From NCBI GenBank assembly GCA_016199085.1, contig JACQHJ010000009.1, positions 41,667 through 105,666 on the forward strand: DNA of 64,000 nt, read 5' to 3'. This document shows, piece by piece, positions 8,415 through 17,403 of this stretch (its first letter is position 1; every line of letters begins with the position of its first letter). The stretch is from Candidatus Levyibacteriota bacterium (GTDB lineage Bacteria > Patescibacteriota > Microgenomatia > Levybacterales > UBA12049). A program made the position numbers and the translations under genes. The notes under the pieces were generated by a model that was given only the letters and a program-made list of their open reading frames with translations, was not told where the DNA came from and made no database searches.

Positions 8415-10391
8415 TTATCTAAGATGCAAATTCAGTGTTTTATCGGCGGAGAGTTTAAATTCTTCAAGTTTTTGGCCACTAACATTTATTAAATATTCAT
8501 TCGCATTTGTTCCAGGCTGTTTCTGAATCATTAAAGGAAGAACGGAATTGTTCGCAAGCTTAAACGGAAGAGTATAGGTGAGAGTAATCTTGGCAACGCC
8601 TTGAGGCCGAACGGTTACAAAGCCCTCAAAGACTGTTTTATCAAGCTCGTCATATGTCTTCATTTTTACCTCAGAACCCTGACTTGAGACAAGCTTACTT
8701 CCTTTTGGAACATAGACCCTAAACCAATCTCGCAAAACCGCATTTAGACAAAGATTGCCTCTTTCAAGATTACAGTCTGAAGGCGCAAAGGGATTTTTGT
8801 AGTTTACGGTTACGGTTTTTGTGATTAACCCATCTGACCCTACGTTATAGTCTGAGGTTACAGCCTCTGAGACAAACATGTTGGATTTTGCGCCGCCAAG
8901 ATTTGCCTCGTTAATGTGAAGATAATCTCCGTCAAAGGCCATGATTCTTCCTGCAGCATTTAAGCCCTCAAGCCCTTCCTGGGCCTGGGCATTATTCATT
9001 TTAAAAAGAATGTGTTTTTCTGAGATTTGGGTAAGCATTGCCTGGAAAAGCGGTCCCCAATAGAGTTTTGGGGAAGATGAAAAAGCTTTTTGCATAATCG
9101 CATACATCAAATCTCCGATTATTCCTTTTCTGTTGGCTATGATTTTATTTGTAGGCTGATCTGCATAAACCTCGAGATTATAGATTACCTGCGGACAATC
9201 GCATCTTGGATCAATCTTTGTGTTCCATGTAGTTCCGCCCAAATCTATATCTCCTAGGATATCCATCGCTGCAACCATGGCCTGAGTATCAACTGCGATT
9301 ACTCCGTCCACGTCTTGAGATCTGGGTGATTTTTCATAAAGCTTGAAAAATTCATCCATAGAGACTTTAAAATCAGGCGAGAGATTACTGTCTCGAAGGT
9401 TTAGATTGTTAACCTCAAGATATTGTCTTATTACATCCGGCGCTTTCGCCTTGCCGGAAATTGTGTCGTCAAGATTATAAATGTTATCCGAGGCATCAAC
9501 GTGAACTACTCCGCTATCTAGTCTGAAATATGAGTAAGCGGTAATAAATCCTCCCGTAGGTCTTAACTCTTTATCGTTTTGGAAAATGATCAGGTATTTT
9601 TTCTCATCCGGCTCTCCAAGTAAAACAGGCAACATTTTAATAAGTGGCCTTGAACTGTTGATTAAAGTTACGCTTTGATCTGTAAGAGTTCTTAGGTTTT
9701 CCAACCCGCTTCTAATTTTCTTTCCTGGACCTATTGGCGGATAATGACCGGGTTCTACCTGATCAATTTCAGTCCTTATCAAGGATAGTTTATCCGCAAT
9801 ATCATCAATCTTTGGGGTAATTTTACTCATGGTTTTAACAGCTGTTTCAATTCTTTGCTGGGCACTTCCTCCGACAAAACTCCCTTGTCCTTTAAGGCCT
9901 AGCAGATCAGCATACGGCTTTATCGAATCGATGAGGATCCCTGCCGCATCCAAACCTTCAAAACCCGCATTCACAAGATGGTCTGCGTCGTTATAATACC
10001 AGCTGGCAATTGGAACAAATTTGAGATATCCCATTGAATGGAGGTTTTTCTGTACGTCTACCAAACCGTCTTTTGTTTTGGCAAGTTCCACTGCGGCAAG
10101 CTCAACGTTTTGTTTTTTAATAGCGTCAGCCGTAACTTTGGCCTGTGCATAAGTTACTTTTACCGACTGGTATGTCTTTAAGGCAGGAATAATTATAGCT
10201 ACGACCGAAAGGACGACCAATAAGACAACAACTGCCAGGGACACCTGAAACTTTCTGTTTCTAATAAGTTTTCTCATCTTTTCCTTAAATTGAGGAAATT
10301 TTGAATTTGAAAAGGATTGCGGAGTGGAAGTCTTGATATCGGAAGCTACAGGCTTGGGGGTATCAAAATTAATCTTAGATATGTTATCCAT
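8415..10391 (-). CDS. DUF4012-domain membrane-anchored protein
   Basis: TM anchor, helical region, YLIIFQNDKELRPTGGFI, RDSNLSPDF, QKQPG. Start moved from 10403 to 10391 because a -10 box overlaps the first ATG. Confidence 0.85.
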   Translation of the reverse strand: MDNISKINFDTPKPVASDIKTSTPQSFSNSKFPQFKEKMRKLIRNRKFQVSLAVVVLLVVLSVVAIIIPALKTYQSVKVTYAQAKVTADAIKKQNVELAAVELAKTKDGLVDVQKNLHSMGYLKFVPIASWYYNDADHLVNAGFEGLDAAGILIDSIKPYADLLGLKGQGSFVGGSAQQRIETAVKTMSKITPKIDDIADKLSLIRTEIDQVEPGHYPPIGPGKKIRSGLENLRTLTDQSVTLINSSRPLIKMLPVLLGEPDEKKYLIIFQNDKELRPTGGFITAYSYFRLDSGVVHVDASDNIYNLDDTISGKAKAPDVIRQYLEVNNLNLRDSNLSPDFKVSMDEFFKLYEKSPRSQDVDGVIAVDTQAMVAAMDILGDIDLGGTTWNTKIDPRCDCPQVIYNLEVYADQPTNKIIANRKGIIGDLMYAIMQKAFSSSPKLYWGPLFQAMLTQISEKHILFKMNNAQAQEGLEGLNAAGRIMAFDGDYLHINEANLGGAKSNMFVSEAVTSDYNVGSDGLITKTVTVNYKNPFAPSDCNLERGNLCLNAVLRDWFRVYVPKGSKLVSSQGSEVKMKTYDELDKTVFEGFVTVRPQGVAKITLTYTLPFKLANNSVLPLMIQKQPGTNANEYLINVSGQKLEEFKLSADKTLNLHLR

Positions 10392-10398
10392 ACACAAT

Positions 10399-10428
10399 AT
10401 CATATATGGAAATACTAAAAGATGTCAA
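10399..10428 (-). promoter_or_regulatory. Promoter TTGACA-N18-TATGAT, 7 nt before ATG 10391
   Basis: Hexamers read directly. Confidence 0.55.
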
Positions 10429-10430
10429 CA

Positions 10431-11096
10431 TTACAGTGCGCCTTTACCGGAAATCATCGCCCAGGGAGTCTTTAAAATAATCCAGAGGTCATAGATAATT
10501 GATCTTTTCCTAACATATGTTTCGTCCATTTTAATCCTTTTATCGAAATTTATCTCAGATCTTCCTGAAACCTGCCAATAACCGGTAACGCCGGGTTTTA
10601 TGGACAAAACGACCTTGACGGCACTTTTTGTCTGAGGATACATTTTTTGCTGCTCGACGAGTTCGTCTGGATAATACGCCCTTGGTCCAACCAAGCTCAT
10701 ATCCCCTCTTAAGATGTTTATAAACTGGGGGACTTCATCAATTGAATGTTTTCGCAAAAAATGGCCGACTCTTGTAATTCTTGGGTCGTCTTTTAGTTTA
10801 TAGCTTCCCTTTTTGTATTCATGGAAAAGCTTTGAATATTTCGGACTGTTTCGAAGTATTGCATGCGCGTTTTGAATCATGCTTCTGAATTTATACATCT
10901 TAAAAAGCTTTCCTCCTTTCCCCACTCTTTCGGGAGTATCGGCAAGGATCGGTCCTTTTGTGTCAATTTTTATTGCCAAAGCTACAACTAGGATCAGGGG
11001 TGAAAAAAGAATCAAAAGAGTAAACGAGAAAACTATATCCATTAGCCTTTTTAAAGCTTCGTAAAGTCCACTTTTTTTAACTTCAGTATAAGGCAT
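10431..11096 (-). CDS. Priming phosphoglycosyltransferase (Bac_transf, PglC/WcaJ/CpsE-like)
   Basis: KRLMDI, KFRSM, DDPRIT, SIDEVPQ, MSLVGPR, KPGVTGYWQVSGR. Confidence 0.93.
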   Translation of the reverse strand: MPYTEVKKSGLYEALKRLMDIVFSFTLLILFSPLILVVALAIKIDTKGPILADTPERVGKGGKLFKMYKFRSMIQNAHAILRNSPKYSKLFHEYKKGSYKLKDDPRITRVGHFLRKHSIDEVPQFINILRGDMSLVGPRAYYPDELVEQQKMYPQTKSAVKVVLSIKPGVTGYWQVSGRSEINFDKRIKMDETYVRKRSIIYDLWIILKTPWAMISGKGAL

Positions 11097-11101
11097 AAGA
11101 T

Positions 11102-12187
11102 TTAGGTTAAATCCTCGTGTGGCGTTCCGGCAAGACTTTCAACGAGCTTTTTGATTTTAGGAACAGATGTCTTTGGACAGACCAAGACAACATCATCTGT
11201 AGTTATTACAAGCATTTCCGAAAGGTCAATTCCGACGGTTAGCTGTTTTGTATAGTTAAACATCAAAGTATCCCTTGAATCTTCAACTATAACATTGCCT
11301 TTGGTAACATTCTCATCATCCGTTTCGCTTAACGCCTCTTTTAAGGCCTCCCATGCTCCGATATCACTCCAGCCGATATCTACCGAGATTACGTTTCCAT
11401 ACTCTTTATCCATTCTCTCGGGAATTGCATTATCAAACGAGATTTTTTCAATTTTCGGATAGATCTCTTCCAAAACACTTTCATATTCGGGGGTGTCTAC
11501 CGCATTGTAGATTTTTAATAAATCTTTATATAAATCTGGAACCAAGGTTTCAAATAAGTGCCATAAGAATTTGGGCGTTGTTACAAAGTATCCTAAATTC
11601 CAGGCATGGTGTCCCCCTTTTACAAACTGCTCTGCAGTTGACAAATGGGGTCTGTATTTAAAGCTTGAGAAGGAATAGATTGGGATATCTCCGATGTCTT
11701 TAATTTTATCTCCAAACTCTATGTATCCAAGATTCTGACTTGCAAATCTGGGTTTTTGTCCTACAAAGACTATCTTTTTTGGATTTTCCAAAATGACTTT
11801 CTCTGCGGCGGAAAGAGCATCCCTGAATATCTGTTCTTCTTTAACCAGATGATCAGATCCCCAAAGAATTACAAAAGGTTCGTCTGGAAATCTTTTTGCA
11901 AAGATTGAGGTAACCAGTCCTACGGCCGGTCCTACGTCTCTCATTTCAGGTTCAATGATTATATTTTCCTCGGGAAGTTTGGGGAGCTGGTCTTTGACAA
12001 TTGTTTTATAATCTTTTCCCGTTGATATGAAAATATCTTCCCATTTAAAAAGAGGGAAAAGCTTATTGACTGCGATTTGCAGCATCGACTGATCGCCGAC
12101 TATTTTTTCAAACTGTTTGGGCGTATTTTTCCTTGAAAGTGGCCAGAGCCTTGTTCCCACTCCACCTGCGAAAATGACTGCTTTCAT
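11102..12187 (-). CDS. manC: Mannose-1-phosphate guanylyltransferase
   Basis: AGGVGTRLWPLSR..PKQF, EP, SDH, GYI, SFD.A, GWSDIGAW. Confidence 0.9.
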   Translation of the reverse strand: MKAVIFAGGVGTRLWPLSRKNTPKQFEKIVGDQSMLQIAVNKLFPLFKWEDIFISTGKDYKTIVKDQLPKLPEENIIIEPEMRDVGPAVGLVTSIFAKRFPDEPFVILWGSDHLVKEEQIFRDALSAAEKVILENPKKIVFVGQKPRFASQNLGYIEFGDKIKDIGDIPIYSFSSFKYRPHLSTAEQFVKGGHHAWNLGYFVTTPKFLWHLFETLVPDLYKDLLKIYNAVDTPEYESVLEEIYPKIEKISFDNAIPERMDKEYGNVISVDIGWSDIGAWEALKEALSETDDENVTKGNVIVEDSRDTLMFNYTKQLTVGIDLSEMLVITTDDVVLVCPKTSVPKIKKLVESLAGTPHEDLT

Positions 12188-13257
12188 AAATTCTTATGTG
12201 TGTTGATAAATGCTTCTAAATTTGTCCGAAAGTACTGCAACGAAAATCTCAAAGCATTTTCTCTACATGATTTCTCATTATATAAGGAAACCTTAAATTT
12301 TTCCAATACTTTTATTAAACTCTCTTTACTTTGTTCATTAAAAAATTCGCCGGTTACTCCTTCTTTTACAATATCCAGTGCTCCCCCTCCCCTAAAGGCA
12401 ATAACCGGCCTTCCGAAATAGTTTGCCTCAATCATAGTCAGTCCGAAATCTTCAAGACCAGGGAAAACCAGTGCAATCGAGTTTTTGTAATATTCAAATA
12501 GCTCTTGGTCTGATACGTCTTTAATAAATTCGATGTTTTTACCTGCCATTTGCTTTAATCTTTTTTCCTCTCCACCGCTTCCTATTATTTTCAAAGGCTG
12601 ACCTGTTTCATTGAAAGCGGAAATTGCCAAATCAATTTTTTTATAGGCAACAAAACGAGAGACTATTAAAAAATATTTCCCTTTTTGCTTGGTCAATGGA
12701 ATATTTGGGAAATCAATTGGAGCATTTATTACAGTTGAATCAAGGTTATAATATTTTTTAATTCTTTTTTTTACCTCATTTGAAATTGCAATTGTGAAAT
12801 CCGGTCTAAGGGCAGCTACCTTATCAAAGTTTCTTAAATACGAAACAAGTGGTGTTGAAATAAACCTAAGCAATCTGTTTTTAAAATATATCTCATACCC
12901 GCTCCAAAGATAGCGTGTAGGAGTAAGGCAATAACAGATGTGCAATGTTTGCGGTTTTGTTATTACGGCTTTTGAGAATTCACTAGTTACCGATATTACA
13001 AGATTATAATCGTCAAAATTAAAGCTTTCAAAAGAAAGAGGCATAAGTGTTGCAAATAGCTCATGAGACGATTTTGCAAACGGAAACTTTTGTAAAAAAG
13101 AAGTTTTTACTTTAAATGCTTTTGCCCAAGGTGCTTTTTTCTCATCATAAACCGAGGTGTAAAGGACGGCTTTGGGAAAAATCTTTTTTAAGGATATTAA
13201 GACTCGTTCAGCTCCTCCCCATTTATTTACTCTATCGTAAACTAATGCTACTTTCAT
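12184..13257 (-). CDS. GT4 glycosyltransferase (WbaZ-like mannosyltransferase)
   Basis: GGAERV, CYCLTPTRYLW, EDFGLTMIEA. Confidence 0.9.
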   Translation of the reverse strand: MKVALVYDRVNKWGGAERVLISLKKIFPKAVLYTSVYDEKKAPWAKAFKVKTSFLQKFPFAKSSHELFATLMPLSFESFNFDDYNLVISVTSEFSKAVITKPQTLHICYCLTPTRYLWSGYEIYFKNRLLRFISTPLVSYLRNFDKVAALRPDFTIAISNEVKKRIKKYYNLDSTVINAPIDFPNIPLTKQKGKYFLIVSRFVAYKKIDLAISAFNETGQPLKIIGSGGEEKRLKQMAGKNIEFIKDVSDQELFEYYKNSIALVFPGLEDFGLTMIEANYFGRPVIAFRGGGALDIVKEGVTGEFFNEQSKESLIKVLEKFKVSLYNEKSCRENALRFSLQYFRTNLEAFINTHKNL

Positions 13258-14353
13258 AAATTTCTATTGTCTGTCTTGCCATTTTATCCCAGGAAAAAAC
13301 ACTTACCCTTTTAAATCCGTTCTCAATAAGTTTTGCCCGTTTAACACCATCTTCTATTACCATTTCCATTTTCTTCTCTATTTCTTGTATATTGAATGGG
13401 TCGAAAAACATTGCGGCGTTTTTACAAATTTCTCTATGTACTTCTATGTCTGAGCAAACCACGGGGCTTCCAACAGACATTGCCTCAACCGCTGTTAAGG
13501 AAAATCCTTCCATAAAAGAAGGAATAACCGTTGCGATTGCATTTTTGTATAAAGAAAATAAATCCTTGTCGTTTGGATTGTTAATAAAAATAATGTTTTG
13601 AGATAGATTCAGCTTTTCTACCTGTTCCCAGATATTTTTGAAGAAATAATCTTTCTTTCCTACCAATACAAGCTTTATGTCTTTATATTTTTTTCTACCC
13701 ACAAAGTTTTTAAAGGCAGTTAAAAGGTTCTCTACGTTTTTATGAGGATAGAAATTACCAACTCTTAGAAAGTATTTTTCTTTTATTAAATCCTCTGTTG
13801 CCTTCAAGTTTTTGTTCTCAAATGCACCCTCGTAGGTAACGATAACTTTATCGGGATGTATGTTTTTATATGAAGACAAAATATCGTTTCTGACAGCATT
13901 TGAAGGAACTATTATTTTAACCGAAGTTTTGAGTGCGTTTTTGATTATAAAAAGGTAACTTTGTCTTTTCAGAAGGTATAGCGGGTATGGAAGCCTGGAC
14001 GCTTTTCCTGTCTTAATTTTTTTGGCTATTAAATCATGAAGGGTAATGACATATTTTTTCCTGTAGAAAACGGGAATTGAAAAGTACGGAAAATGAACAA
14101 GATCAAAATTGTACCCGCTAAGCTCTCTTGCAAAAGTTGTCTGTTCCGAAAGGCTATGCCACTTAATATCAGAAACTATAATTTTCCAATTCTTGTTTTT
14201 TACTGCTTTTTGTACATTTTCTAAATCATCACTTCTTACAAATATTACGTATTTATTCTTTTTGTCTATTCTTGAAAGATTTGAAGTTAGATTTCTAATA
14301 TACCTTCCAACACCGGTTTGAGACCATAAACGTCCGTCAATTCCAATAAGCAT
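13232..14353 (-). CDS. GT4 glycosyltransferase (MtfB-like)
   Basis: IGIDGR, TGVGRY, TLHDL, PHKN, EGFSLTAVEAM. Confidence 0.9.
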   Translation of the reverse strand: MLIGIDGRLWSQTGVGRYIRNLTSNLSRIDKKNKYVIFVRSDDLENVQKAVKNKNWKIIVSDIKWHSLSEQTTFARELSGYNFDLVHFPYFSIPVFYRKKYVITLHDLIAKKIKTGKASRLPYPLYLLKRQSYLFIIKNALKTSVKIIVPSNAVRNDILSSYKNIHPDKVIVTYEGAFENKNLKATEDLIKEKYFLRVGNFYPHKNVENLLTAFKNFVGRKKYKDIKLVLVGKKDYFFKNIWEQVEKLNLSQNIIFINNPNDKDLFSLYKNAIATVIPSFMEGFSLTAVEAMSVGSPVVCSDIEVHREICKNAAMFFDPFNIQEIEKKMEMVIEDGVKRAKLIENGFKRVSVFSWDKMARQTIEIYESSISLR

Positions 14354-14359
14354 GAGCTA

Positions 14360-14388
14360 ATTATACAAGGGATAATGTTTTATTACAA
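14360..14388 (-). promoter_or_regulatory. Promoter TTGTAA-N17-TATAAT, 6 nt before ATG 14353
   Basis: Hexamers read directly. Confidence 0.6.
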
Positions 14389-14399
14389 AGCCAGAAGTT

Positions 14400-14699
14400 T
14401 TATATACTTAGATGATGTTCAATCCTATCCACTCGTTTTTTCACTGCCACAATATCTTTATCAAAAAAATCAATCACTGTGTCAACAGTCTTTTCAGTTT
14501 TCCTCACTCTTTTTTTAACATCTTTTACGTCAATTTCAATATCTTTTACTTTATCGCTCAGTTGGCCAATATCATGCTGAACCTGCATCCGCGACATTCT
14601 AATTTGGCTCTCAAGCGAGGTTTTGGCACTGGAGACTTCTGCTTCAATTTCTTCCCTCACTACTCCTCTGATTTGCTGAATATCTGTCTTAGTTAACAT
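14400..14699 (-). CDS. Small coiled-coil hypothetical protein
   Basis: MLTKTDIQQI...KRVDRIEHHL heptad pattern. ATG 14699 preferred over TTG 14717 because TTGATT-N17-TATTCT (14706-14734) sits 6 nt upstream. Confidence 0.7.
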   Translation of the reverse strand: MLTKTDIQQIRGVVREEIEAEVSSAKTSLESQIRMSRMQVQHDIGQLSDKVKDIEIDVKDVKKRVRKTEKTVDTVIDFFDKDIVAVKKRVDRIEHHLSI

Positions 14700-14741
14700 C
14701 GTTAAAGAATAGCTCAAACAAAATTAAAAATCAAGATATTA

Positions 14742-15929
14742 TTACAAAGAGGACATATAGATTTTATTTAACTTATCCGAGATTATTTTCCAGTCGTAAT
14801 TTTGTTCAACAAATTTCCTGCTGTTTATAGTCAGCTTTCTATATAAACTTGGGTCAAGAGCTAAATCTACAACACAGTTTGCAAGCTCATCCGCGGTTTC
14901 CGCAGCCAAAACATGCGTTTGGTTTTTAGCTTCCAATCCTTCAATTCCAAGATTTGTAGTTACGATACCCACTCCCGAAGACATAGCTTCCAATATTTTA
15001 TAACTTGTTCCTCCTGCCGCCCTAAATGGAGCCAGAAGAATAAATGACTTTCTAAAAATTTCCCAAGTTTCTTCTTTATTGTTTGAATCAAAGGTTACGC
15101 TTGATAAACCTAATTCTTTCAAGCTATCCGGCAAGTTTCTTCCCACAACCCAAAGTTTTAGATTAAAATCTTTATTCAGCTGGCTAAACTTATCTATTAC
15201 TTTTGGCCAGATTTCTTTTAGGATAAACTCAAGGCTATCTCTGTTTTGCAGCCATTTGAAATCGCCGATAAACAAGACTCTTTTCTCCTGCGGGATTGCC
15301 ATAAAATCTCTAAATTTAAACTTTTCGGTATCAACTCCGTTTGGAATTACGGAAACATTTTCTCTTTTCATAATCTTTTTTTCGATATTTGAAACCGCAA
15401 CAAGCTTTGTAGCCTTATTCCAAGCTTGTTCCTCTTTTTGCTTTATTTTTGCTACATCTATTAGAAGAAGCGGCTTAACCAGGGGGTTTAAAAGGCTGGC
15501 ATATCTTTTATAAACCAAATACTCTACGTTATGCTCAACCAAAACAACGGGAATAGTGACTTTGGGAAGATTTTGGAAAACATAAAACGTCTCAACGTGA
15601 ATAAGGTCAAAGGTTTCTCTTACCATTTCATCTTTGATTGCAGTCTGCATTTCTTCAGAGGTGTGTCCGGTAATTAGAAACGGGTTTGTGGAAAAACCGG
15701 TTTTTAAAATGTTTTCAATGCTCCATTGTTTTTTTCTTTTGACCGTAACCACCTTTTTGCAGATTTTTTCAACTTCTTTTACATCTTCATCCGTTTGAAA
15801 ATCCCTTCTCTCACAAATTAAAGTAATTTCGTTATCCTTAGAAAGGTTTTTGATTAAGTTGTACAACCTGATATGGCCCCCACTATGAAGCGGGAACGGA
15901 AGATATGATGAGATTATCAGTATTTTCAT
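14742..15929 (-). CDS. GT4 glycosyltransferase
   Basis: PFPLHSGG, EHNVE, IPNGVD, GGTSYKILEAM. Confidence 0.9.
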   Translation of the reverse strand: MKILIISSYLPFPLHSGGHIRLYNLIKNLSKDNEITLICERRDFQTDEDVKEVEKICKKVVTVKRKKQWSIENILKTGFSTNPFLITGHTSEEMQTAIKDEMVRETFDLIHVETFYVFQNLPKVTIPVVLVEHNVEYLVYKRYASLLNPLVKPLLLIDVAKIKQKEEQAWNKATKLVAVSNIEKKIMKRENVSVIPNGVDTEKFKFRDFMAIPQEKRVLFIGDFKWLQNRDSLEFILKEIWPKVIDKFSQLNKDFNLKLWVVGRNLPDSLKELGLSSVTFDSNNKEETWEIFRKSFILLAPFRAAGGTSYKILEAMSSGVGIVTTNLGIEGLEAKNQTHVLAAETADELANCVVDLALDPSLYRKLTINSRKFVEQNYDWKIISDKLNKIYMSSL

Positions 15930-17371
15930 GGCTTTTGTAAAAGATTAAAGATTACGTACTGATCGGTTGCCTCAATAATTTTAAACTGCGTACCAATTCC
16001 AAGATCGGTGTCTGTTGGGTTAACCAAAACAAGATAGGAAGCGCCCTTTTTTATAAGGTCCGCCAGACCGTTTTGAAAAGAAGCCCAGCCTTTTCTTTTT
16101 GTCTGGTATAAAAAGGAGGTATCTCCGTTATAGTTGGCAACTATCTTTGCATCCTTTGGGGTAAGCCTGTCAACTGCCTTACCTGCGACAAGGATTGATT
16201 GATTATTGATATTGAAAAAATCCCGAACATAGTACCAACTAAAGAAAAACGAAAAAATGGTAAGGGTTAAAAAGATAAGGTAGGAAACGGATTTATTGAT
16301 ATTTCCAAGAGGTCTTGTCAAGAAAACTCCCCCAATACCCATTGCCATAGAAATGCTTGGAATAATCAGAATCTGGTAATAATCATGCTGGACATTTCCT
16401 CTGGCAATTACCGTCATATAAATTAAAGACGCTCCTATAAATGACAATAAAAACAAAAGGTCTTTTTTAACATGGAGCCTTAAAAATCCAAGCATCAAAA
16501 GGGGGAGTCCGAAATAGCCTAAAATAAGTTTTGAGAGTCTTTCGCCAAATAACCAGTAGAAGAATGCCCCCTTGAATCTGATATTTCCTTCGTTGAAAAG
16601 CCAGTTACTCGCGGGAATACCCTCGGGAAAGGACTGCATCCATAATCTCCACAAAAGAAGAGGAATAACCGAGACTACCGCAAAAACCCAAAGCTGCCAT
16701 TTTTTTAAAAATGCAAACCCGTATTTCTCAAAAGACAGATAGATAATCGGAAGAGTGAAAAAAAGAGCATAAGGCTTAATCAGAAAACTAACGCTTATAA
16801 AGAAAAGTGAAACGAGAAAATAAAGCCACTTTTTGAAGCCTTCTTTGTCGCTTTTTTCCAAAGCTACTCCGAAAAAGTAGATTCCCGCTAAAACCGCCAT
16901 GACCATTGAAGGATCCGGAAGAATCGTTCTTGAAAAATAGATATTATAGGGAAGGAAAAGAAAGAAAACCAAAGACAGGAATCCTGCCGATGCTCCAAAA
17001 CGGCGTTTAACTATTAAAAATAAAAAGAGTGCAGAAAGCATTGAAGCCGTTATCGACACGAGCCTACCCCATTCTTCTATAGTAAAAACCCCAAATGACT
17101 TAAAGAAAAAGGCTTGGAAAAAATTATAGATAGGGAATTCTACAAATCTTAAACCTTTAGGATTATCTATCCCCGAGGGTACATTGGACAAATCATCAAA
17201 TTGAGGATGCAGCGGGTCAAAACCGTTGGTTGCAAAATTTCTGGATACCGCACTTGTGTCTGCCTGGCGCCAGGAGTGCCAATCGGCAATCGGAGAGTCA
17301 AATCTGTAAAGTCTAAAAATAAAACCTAAGACAAAAAAGAGAATTAAGAAAATTACTTCAAGTTTTCGCAT
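15926..17371 (-). CDS. GT-C fold glycosyltransferase (ArnT/PMT_2-like)
   Basis: Multi-pass protein; WRQADT...ARNF-like loop, EFPIY, GRLVS, IKP, HDYY. ORF track starts at 17374. Confidence 0.85.
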   Translation of the reverse strand: MRKLEVIFLILFFVLGFIFRLYRFDSPIADWHSWRQADTSAVSRNFATNGFDPLHPQFDDLSNVPSGIDNPKGLRFVEFPIYNFFQAFFFKSFGVFTIEEWGRLVSITASMLSALFLFLIVKRRFGASAGFLSLVFFLFLPYNIYFSRTILPDPSMVMAVLAGIYFFGVALEKSDKEGFKKWLYFLVSLFFISVSFLIKPYALFFTLPIIYLSFEKYGFAFLKKWQLWVFAVVSVIPLLLWRLWMQSFPEGIPASNWLFNEGNIRFKGAFFYWLFGERLSKLILGYFGLPLLMLGFLRLHVKKDLLFLLSFIGASLIYMTVIARGNVQHDYYQILIIPSISMAMGIGGVFLTRPLGNINKSVSYLIFLTLTIFSFFFSWYYVRDFFNINNQSILVAGKAVDRLTPKDAKIVANYNGDTSFLYQTKRKGWASFQNGLADLIKKGASYLVLVNPTDTDLGIGTQFKIIEATDQYVIFNLLQKP

Positions 17372-17403
17372 CAATCTTATTTTACGTTACTTATAAGTCT
17401 TTA

